Shown here: positions 55,361 through 64,000 of the stretch, piece after piece
How the letters are laid out: every line of letters begins with the position of its first letter
Numbering within the stretch: position 1 is the first letter of the stretch
Source: Eledone cirrhosa
Taxonomy: Eukaryota
DNA: 64,000 bases
Assembly: GCA_964016885.1 (NCBI GenBank)
Contig: OZ024743.1
Coordinates: forward strand, 194,122,001 to 194,186,000
Direction of reading: 5' to 3'
Notes under the pieces: generated by a model
What the model was told of the DNA's origin: nothing
Seen by the model: the letters and a program-made list of their open reading frames with translations, nothing else
The model's database searches: none
Program-made: the position numbers and the translations under genes

Positions 55361-55418
55361 TAACTGCTATATATTTCGATGATAGCCATTGAATGGCTAT
55401 GACCTCATCAGGCAGTTA
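55361..55418 (-). ncRNA. Minimal type-I hammerhead ribozyme
   Basis: taactgc-CTGATGA-ggtc atagccat tca atggctat catc-GAAA-tata-TA-gcagtta. Stem I is a perfect 7 bp. Confidence 0.88.
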
Positions 55419-55490
55419 GTCAGTTCGTAGATATGCCAGCTCTGTGTTTATAGTGTTGATGGTATCAGAGCCTTGTACATATATATGTAT

Positions 55491-55527
<37 letters not shown>

Positions 55528-55528
55528 G

Positions 55529-55787
55529 AAGTGGTTACACAACAGTTAGTTCACTATACTGAGAACAATTGTTTCACCTTAGCGGATCTTCAGCTCGTAA
55601 TGGACATGGTTATACGGAACAGGAAGGACAACCTTACGAACGCGCATGAGCAGAAACGATCCGCTAAGGTGAAACAATTGTTCTCGGTCTGGTGAACTAA
55701 CTGTTGTGTAACCACTTCTACCTAACTCGTCCCATGGACTGAGTGCTCTACCACTACGGATATTACCTTCCAGTGTTCTACCACTAT
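55529..55787. mobile_element. Fold-back mini-element of the 26.9-27.7 kb family
   Basis: Same sequence as 26936-27063 and 27606-27735, joined without the coding centre. A minus-strand HHR cgag-CTGAAGA-tccgctaaggt-GAAAC-aatt-GTT-ctca lies at 55560-55597. Confidence 0.8.
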
Positions 55788-55792
55788 GTATA

Positions 55793-55831
<39 letters not shown>

Positions 55832-55939
55832 GTATATATAATGTATATATATATATGTATGCTTATATAATCAAGGTTTAGCAAATAAGAAAAAGTTTCA
55901 AAATAAGTTTTGAAAAATTAACTTTACTTACTATAGTTA

Positions 55940-56020
55940 CCTTTACCGAATCGGTTTCGAGTCTCAAAAATAAACGGAGTCCATGCGGCATCCGTTGCAA
56001 AGAAAAACCTCGTCAGAAGG
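55940..56020 (-). ncRNA. Type-I hammerhead ribozyme with long stem II
   Basis: cctt-CTGACGA-ggtttttc...aacgga...tccgtt...gagactc-GAAAC-cgattcg-GTA-aagg. Confidence 0.78.
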
Positions 56021-56385
56021 ATCTTTTCACTCGAAGAATATAACATTCCCGAATTCAAATTACGAACTGGCGCTATTCAAAATTGTTCCCGAGATGAGAG
56101 TAAATGAAGTGGAATCAATTTTTTCAAGGGCCGAGTGTAAAGATAGAGGCGTGGGCAGGGAGGTCAGTTGGCTACCGCTATAACTAGCAGCAGTCAGAAC
56201 GACCAACATTTTTTCTCAACCAAGAGGAGAATAGTAATAATAGAGTATATGTTCCTACACGCACAAGGCGCTAAGGGACACATGTATTGTCCAACCATAT
56301 GCCAATGTGGTTCAATGGCAGGTTAATAAATTAACGAGCCAGAACATATATAATCAAGGTTTGGCAAATAAGATATATATGTATG

Positions 56386-56436
<51 letters not shown>

Positions 56437-56503
56437 AAAGAGATGAAATCGAAAATGCAACTGAAGTCTTATTTTAAAAAAAAATATATATATTTATTTG
56501 GTT

Positions 56504-56541
56504 CCTTTACCGGTTTCGCAGTTCTTCTGCTTTTCAAAAGG
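56504..56541 (-). ncRNA. Minimal hammerhead ribozyme, U3-A8 core variant
   Basis: cctt-TTGAAAA-gcag aagaa ctgc-GAAAC-cg-GTA-aagg. All three stems are intact, and stem III is the palindrome ACCGGT. Confidence 0.8.
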
Positions 56542-57652
56542 TGAGTTGAGATGGAGGGTCTGTGGTTTTTCTCACATCTGGTTGGTCTCTAAATGTTACT
56601 TGTTTTATATGGAAAAAATGGCTCGAAAGCCAGGTTTTTCGAGAAGTAATTTGATTGGTTTGTCAATAATTATAATAAATTTCGCGCCAGTTCGCGTTAC
56701 AATAGTTCTTCAAATAAGAGAGGGGGGGGGGGGGGTTGTCACAGGTTGTTTTTTTATATATGAGTGTTTGAATTTCTTTTTACTTTGAAAAATGAGGCTC
56801 ACGAAGGCTTTTTTTTGGTTAGTTATAAATGAAATTTGGCTGTCACGTGAACAAGTTTTCATTACATTTTTGTGCCCTTATTTGGAAAACAATTCTGTAG
56901 TCTTTATAGTGAATGTTATGACAATGGAGAGATAGTGGTCAAGGGAAAAGGGATTGGGAGAAATGTTCTGGTTCAGTGAATATGGCCAGCTGTCAGAGTT
57001 CAGGTGTCAGAGTTCAGATTTTCTATTGAGACTGAAGATATGTGTTTATTTGTGTGCTTGTCTGTGTGTATATGTGTGTGTGTGTGTGTGTATGTGTGTA
57101 TTGGAAGATGATTCTATTAGTAGAGATGGGGGAGGGAGTTGTGTGTGTGTGTGTATATGGGTGTTATGTGTGTGTGTGCGAGTATGTTAAGATGGAGAGA
57201 ATATATATTTTGTGTGTGTGTATATATATATGTGTGTAGGAAAGTGGTTCTATTAGTAGAAATGGGGAGGGAGGTGTAGGTGTGGGGGTTGTTATGTGTG
57301 TGTATGGGTGTTATGTGTGTGGGAGTATGGTTAGCATGTTAAGATGAAGAGAATATATATATATATTGTGTGTGTATATGTGTGTGTAGGAAAGTGATTC
57401 CTTTAGTAGGAAGATGATTCTATTAGTAGAGATGAGGGAGGGAGTTGTGTGTGTATATGGGTGTTATGTGTGTGTGTGCGAGTATGTTAAGATGGAGAGA
57501 ATATATATTTTGTGTGTGTGTATATATATATATGTGTGTAGGAAAGTGGTTCTATTAGTAGAAATGGGGAGGGAGTTGTAGGTGTGGGGGTTGTTATGTG
57601 TGTGTATGGGTGTTATGTGTGTGGCAGTATGGTTAGCATGTTAAGATGAAGA

Positions 57653-57693
<41 letters not shown>

Positions 57694-57901
57694 GTGTGTG
57701 TGTATGTGTGTGTGTAGGAAAGTGATTCCTTTAGTAGGAATATTTTTGAATGAACATATTTTCCTGACTTTTTCGTGTTTGCTGTTGTATTGCCAGTGCA
57801 AACGTATGTTAAGGTTTATTTAGTTCGGGTTTTTATTTTCTAAAGTAGAAGGTGTTATGTGTGTGTGTGTATGTCATATTGTGGTGTTGACATAATGTAT
57901 A

Positions 57902-58478
57902 TTAAACCTTATTTAATGTTGGTCTATATTTTTGAATAAACATATTTTCCTTATTTATTCGCATTTGTTCTGTTGTATTGTTAGCGCAAAGGTAAAATGG
58001 GAAGACTTGGAATTTGGGTGTCTTATTACTTGCGCAAATGTCTAGATGTGCACTTAGTGGTATCTGTCTCGTGGTTGGATCTCGTAATTGTTGGCGATGA
58101 ACTGTCATTCTGTTTCTGAGTGTGAGTTTAGTTTGTCCTATATAATCTTCATTGCATCCTTTACATTTATTGGCATAAATTAGATTTTTTGATGAGCAAG
58201 TGAAGTGATTTTTTACAGTAAAATTTTGTCCTGATTTAAATGTATACGTGTTGCCTTCAATGAGGTGAGTGCAGGTTCCACAATTAGAGCGACCACATTT
58301 TTTGATACTTGGTTGTGGGTTTGTGGTAGGTAATTTGGCATTGGTGAGTAATGTTTTCGGTGATTTTGGTTGTCTTTTGCTTTTGATTATTTTGTGTGTT
58401 TCAAGGGCTTTTTTCATTCTTGGGTTTTGTTTTAGTAGTGGGATGTTATTGTGAATAGTGTTGTAAGCTTCCGCATTT
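57902..58478 (-). pseudogene. PLE Cys-linker + GIY-YIG endonuclease remnant
   Basis: KCGRSNCGTC, NLIYANKCKGCNEDYIGQT...RMTVHR...H...KENMFI...PTLN. It is a paralog of ORF 53005..53469. Confidence 0.9.
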
Positions 58479-58587
58479 CTTAAAAAAATAAGACTTCAGT
58501 TGCATTTTCGATTTCATCTCTTTTTCTTTATACTTCCACTCGTGTAGGACACTTCGGTTATTTTTCATTTTGTAAAAAAAACCTCAC

Positions 58588-58666
<79 letters not shown>

Positions 58667-58789
58667 GGAGGTGAGTTTTATTGTAGTTCAATAAAGCAAT
58701 GCAGATATCGGATAAGAAGCACTCTACAGTTTGTAGGACTGGAGTATACATAATATATAAGATCAAAAGATGGTTAAATGAGTTCCATG

Positions 58790-58860
58790 TATTTTATTAT
58801 GCGCATTTCAAAAACAAATATCATCATGCAATAACATTTGTGTTTTCATCAGATAAAATA
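58790..58860 (-). ncRNA. Type-I hammerhead ribozyme (left arm of the palindrome)
   Basis: Exact reverse complement of 59000-59070. Confidence 0.85.
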
Positions 58861-58999
58861 TGAGGACATGATATGAAGGTTAAAAACACTTGTGGTTAGT
58901 GCAGTTTTAAATCAACATGTTGAAAACAGTTTTAAATCAATATGTTGATTTAAAACTGCACTATCCACAAGTGTTTTTAACCTTCATATCATGTCCTCA

Positions 59000-59070
59000 T
59001 ATTTTATCTGATGAAAACACAAATGTTATTGCATGATGATATTTGTTTTTGAAATGCGCATAATAAAATA
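59000..59070 (+). ncRNA. Type-I hammerhead ribozyme (right arm of the palindrome)
   Basis: tattttat-CTGATGA-aaac acaaatgttatt gcat gatgatatttgt tttt-GAAA-tgcgca-TA-ataaaata. Stem I is 8 bp and stem III is the palindrome ATGCGCAT. Confidence 0.88.
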
Positions 59071-59184
59071 CATGGAACTCATTTAACCATCTTTTGATCT
59101 TATATATATATACATGTAATTGATTGTAATATATATATATATTGTAATATATATATATATTGTAATATATATATACATGTAATT

Positions 59185-59251
59185 GATTGACGATCGTTTC
59201 GATCAGCACAACGGGACTGTTTATTCCAACTGTATTAATCTCATCAGAATC
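59185..59251 (-). ncRNA. Type-I hammerhead ribozyme
   Basis: gatt-CTGATGA-gattaatacag...ttgtgctgatc-GAAAC-gatc-GTC-aatc. Stem III is the palindrome ACGATCGT, with a canonical GUC site. Confidence 0.85.
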
Positions 59252-59321
59252 TATTTGAAATATTCTTTGCCTTTATATGGTTATATTTGTATATGTACAC
59301 ATATGCATATACATGCATATA

Positions 59322-59371
<50 letters not shown>

Positions 59372-59928
59372 TATGCATATGTTATGTGCGTATATATATG
59401 TGTGCGTATATATAGTTATGTACGTATACATATGTGTGTGTGTGTGTGTGTTTATGTGTATATATATATATATATATACATACATATATATATATGCATA
59501 TATATATATATATATATATGCATATACATATATATGCATATATATATATATATATATATACACATAAATACGCACACATATATATAAACATAAATACACA
59601 CACACACACGCACACATATATATATATAGACGCACATAACACCCATAGACACTCTAGCCCCGTCCCCTCACATGTTTAAAAGTAAACATATAGTAAGTTA
59701 TTTATAAGAATATATTTGAATATATTAAACGTGGACATAGAATTAAGCATATAGAAAAAATAGGTGATTATTTAATTTGTCGAATTAACAAAGGTTACGT
59801 AATAATAATTCATAGTAAATTTCTAGGAGAGTACCACTATTTTATTAATAACCTTTTTTTTTGTTTACAAGGAACGTATGTAGGCAGAAACACTTTATTT
59901 TTCAACTACATCGATATGAAAACATAAG

Positions 59929-60085
59929 TTAGCCGTCTGCAGATGCGAGCCCCACATTGTAGAGTTGCTGCTTCAGCGCGTCTCCCTCGCTGTCTTCCGG
60001 GGCAATGAATTCGCCATCTTGTTGTCCCGGACCCAGAGGTCGACGGTAAGTTAGTTGGTGGTGTAGGATACTCGTTCGGACATCA
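59929..60085 (-). CDS. Candidate terminal coding exon of an unidentified host gene
   Basis: This GC-rich, non-repetitive island has an acceptor tttag| and an open frame DVRTSILHHQLTYRRPLGPGQQDGEFIAPEDSEGDALKQQLYNVGLASADG-TAA. AATAAA follows 30 nt downstream (59894-59899). No family was recognised. Confidence 0.4.
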
Positions 60086-61081
60086 CTAAAGTATATTTAC
60101 ATTTATACACCTATGAATCTATGAAATAAGCTTGTATATTCAGCATAAATTAACTGCTAACTGCTGACCTCCTGACCTCAGCAAGACCGGAATATATTCT
60201 TTCGATGCTCTAAGAGCATCGAAACAGTTTATAGTGTCCCAGTACTTATATAACGTTTGCGAAAAAAGAAGTTTAGAATGACACTTAAATACGTTTAATT
60301 TGAATAAAATGATGGCCCATTTACCTTACTTTTCTGTGCATGTGATTACTTTGCTTAATGTGATGTGAGGTAGATTTAGTTGCTGTTTATATCAGGTCTC
60401 TCTAACACGAATAAGGAAGGAAAGAGAAAGAGAGAGAGAGAAAGAGAGAGGTAGAAAGAGGTAAAGAGAGGTAAAGAGATAGGTAGAGAAGAGAAATAGA
60501 GAGGGATAAAAACAGACTAATATAGAGGAAAAGAGAGAAGGATTGTCAAATAGATAGATTGATAGATTATAGAGATAGAGAGAAAGAGAGGATGAGAAGG
60601 AGAATGGGAAGGGAGAGAAGAGAATGCAGACAGAGAGAGGAGGAAAGATGGATAGGGGGATGGGAAGAGAGATAGACAGCCACCCAAGACTGTCTGACGT
60701 TTGTGTGAATATTATATATTATAGTGTAATATATACACCAGTGTGCGTGCGTACGTATGTGTGTGTGCATGTTTGTGTGTGTCTGTATATGTGTATATAT
60801 TGTTTTAGTGTATGTTTGTGTGTACTTGTCGTGCTGTGTGTGTGAGTGAAAGTATTAGCGGAATCGGCTTTCCTCCACCATCACGACAGTGTTGACAAAT
60901 GGTGTATGCTAAGGAATGGGAGGAAATGATATTTGACCCAGCATATGCGCTGTACTAAACATGGGATTTCATGACAGACAAGAATTTGGCTTAATGTATA
61001 TCGTTGATAAGACATATTGAGAGAGAAGGTGGGGGGGGGGGGTTATTTTGCTGACATATGTTAATACTTTATGATATAGTA

Positions 61082-61278
61082 AGGGCGACAGATTGACAAA
61101 ATTGGTAGAGCGTCATATGAAACGCCATTACGTTATTTGGCCTGTCCGTTTACATTCTGAGTTCAAATCTTGCTGAGGTCAATTTTATCTTTTCATCGTG
61201 AAATTAAAACAATCGTGAAGTTAATCAAATATGCTCTTACCCCTGGTTTTCTGGCCTAGTGCTTAAATTAGAAATCAA
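61082..61278 (+). mobile_element. Degraded tRNA-derived SINE
   Basis: AGGGCGACAGATTGACAAAATTGGTAGAGCG...CTGAGTTCAAATCTTGCTGAGGTC...CTGGCCTAGTGCTTAAATTAGAAA. Confidence 0.7.
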
Positions 61279-61845
61279 TATTGTGTGATATTTCATGATG
61301 CATATATCTGTTCGTTGTTACTGTGTGAATGTGTATTATGTGTGCATCCTGTGTGCATCGCGTGTGCATCGTATGTGTTTGTGTGAACATCTGCAGAACT
61401 GATTTTTCAGTCCTCGTCATGATAATAGAGGCTTCGTTTGACTGGAAATGATGGGGAAAGACGGCACATATATTGTACAAATCACGGCAAGACTTGACAG
61501 ATATACATTTCTTAATACATTTATAATATATACACTGAACTTTATAGATTATGATTACAGGTCTTAGTCAGCAGCCATGCAGTGGCAAAGCCTTGATTTA
61601 GTCTTTCATATCAACCCCAGTACTTATTTGTTTCACGTCTGGGACTTATTTCCCAATATTTTTTCCCATTAACAGACTACCATTGGCTGATCTGTTCTGT
61701 CAGCAGGAAATCCAAGATATTGATGTGGTGAATTGATAGAATCTTACATAATAAATAATATTGTACATACTACTCCCTGCTATTGAGTACTCATTCTTGC
61801 GTTCGTCACACTAGTACACATACACACACACACACACACAGAACA

Positions 61846-61944
<99 letters not shown>

Positions 61945-61982
61945 ACACATACACACACACACTTACACATACACACACACAC

Positions 61983-62108
<126 letters not shown>

Positions 62109-62912
62109 TGTTCAGAGTTACCGTAGAATAGATAAAAGGAAAAAGAGTACAGGATCAAAACATATTATTATACAGTATATATGCCATATATATAGTGTGT
62201 CTATAACCTTTGCTAAAGTAGACTTTGAGACCGTAGGTAGAAAGCAACTGTTTTCAGAAATAATAATGATAATGATAATGAGCTAAACATAATAATTAAA
62301 ACAATGATAATAATGATAATAATATAATAATAATTATTATTAAATATATGTATATATATATCTCCCATGTGTGTAGAGAAAAAAAGCGTTGTACCTGACT
62401 GCTATTTTTAGTAGCGTGGCAAACAACACGTCTATAATATTCCCGCTTTTACGGTGGGGAGGTTAAGCACAGCTCAAAATAGAATAATTTGTCATAATAA
62501 GCAAAACAAAAGGCTATGTATCAACCCTTCTGAAATAATTTTCCCAAAAGGTCTGTATACAAACTCCTGTTGTGCCAAAAATAACAAATACACTAGAAGC
62601 AAATTATTCAACCCCCAAAAAGATACCAAATACATTAATACATCAAATGCTGATTAACGAACGTTTCATCTCATACTGGGACTTTTCAAAATGTGATATT
62701 TAATATAGAAACCTCATTATAATCTCACAGAAAAACATTACAGTCAAAGGAATTGTTTACATTTAAAGAAAATACGAAGATACGCCATATTAGATAGAAA
62801 ATCTAAATTGTTTTCCTACAGAAAATTAACGTCGAACCACTTTAAGCACACTTATGTATATATCTGCATACGCCCACATGCAAAAACACACACGCAGAGG
62901 CAGACAGATGCA

Positions 62913-62983
<71 letters not shown>

Positions 62984-63243
62984 TATAGATATAATTTAGC
63001 GAGAATCGCATTTCGGCGAGTAGAAAAACAGCGAAAACCAACCTTTGATTTGTGTTGGCGAGCGCTTGATAGATACGAATGATCCAGAGCAATAAACATA
63101 CGTTAAACAGGCCATACAAACTGATATGATGGCTATGCCATTAACCACCAAGCCCAAAAAAGCGATCAAGCTAATCATATATATATATATAATAACGCAC
63201 CAAAGTACTCAATACTTAGAATAGTAGAGTGGTCCTACTCGTT

Positions 63244-63943
<700 letters not shown>

Positions 63944-64000
63944 TATACATACATACCCTCATTTTCTTAATAAATTTTGTGTTAAAGACATCCTATGTAA

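Larger units (their letters stand above)
56433..58527 (-). mobile_element. 5'-truncated PLE (Neptune-like) with a short inverted terminus
   Basis: 56433-56478 is mirrored at about 58481-58527. It has a GIY-YIG remnant and a 3' UTR with about 300-bp tandem duplications (57060-57740). Confidence 0.85.
58753..59107. repeat. Near-perfect palindrome (arms about 167 bp)
   Basis: 58753-58920 is the reverse complement of 58942-59107, with about one mismatch. The short spacer repeats CAGTTTTAAATCAA. Confidence 0.95.

Noticed and set aside
60200-60224. 12-bp perfect palindrome TTTCGATGCTCT-A-AGAGCATCGAAA
   Set aside because: It ends in GAAAC but has no upstream CTGANGA. It is too short and isolated to assign a function.
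61400-61570. Possible plus-strand exon after TTTTTCAG
   Set aside because: All three frames hit stops shortly after the acceptor, and there is no clear donor.

Overview
This is AT-rich, microsatellite-dense eukaryotic DNA, probably from an octopus or other cephalopod; that is inferred from the SINE family and the (TA)n/(CA)n/(TATG)n load, not proven. It is almost entirely transposon-derived. It holds a partial-tandem Penelope-like retroelement (PLE; RT + GIY-YIG, with an Asn-rich insert) at about 31.0-37.1 kb and two degraded PLEs at 51.5-55.2 kb and 56.4-58.5 kb. It also holds a DD37D (maT-type) Tc1/mariner, a non-autonomous Helitron, a hAT MITE, RTE and RLE LINE fragments, and about 20 tRNA-derived SINEs. 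The only candidate host sequence is one possible exon near 60 kb. The most interesting signal is invisible in the ORF track: more than a dozen minimal type-I hammerhead ribozyme (HHR) motifs from many unrelated families. They sit in small elements embedded in (TA)n, often with inverted arms. They include U3-A8 compensatory core variants and elements that carry ribozymes on both strands. Most ORFs in the track are microsatellite artefacts. All RNA structures were folded by eye.
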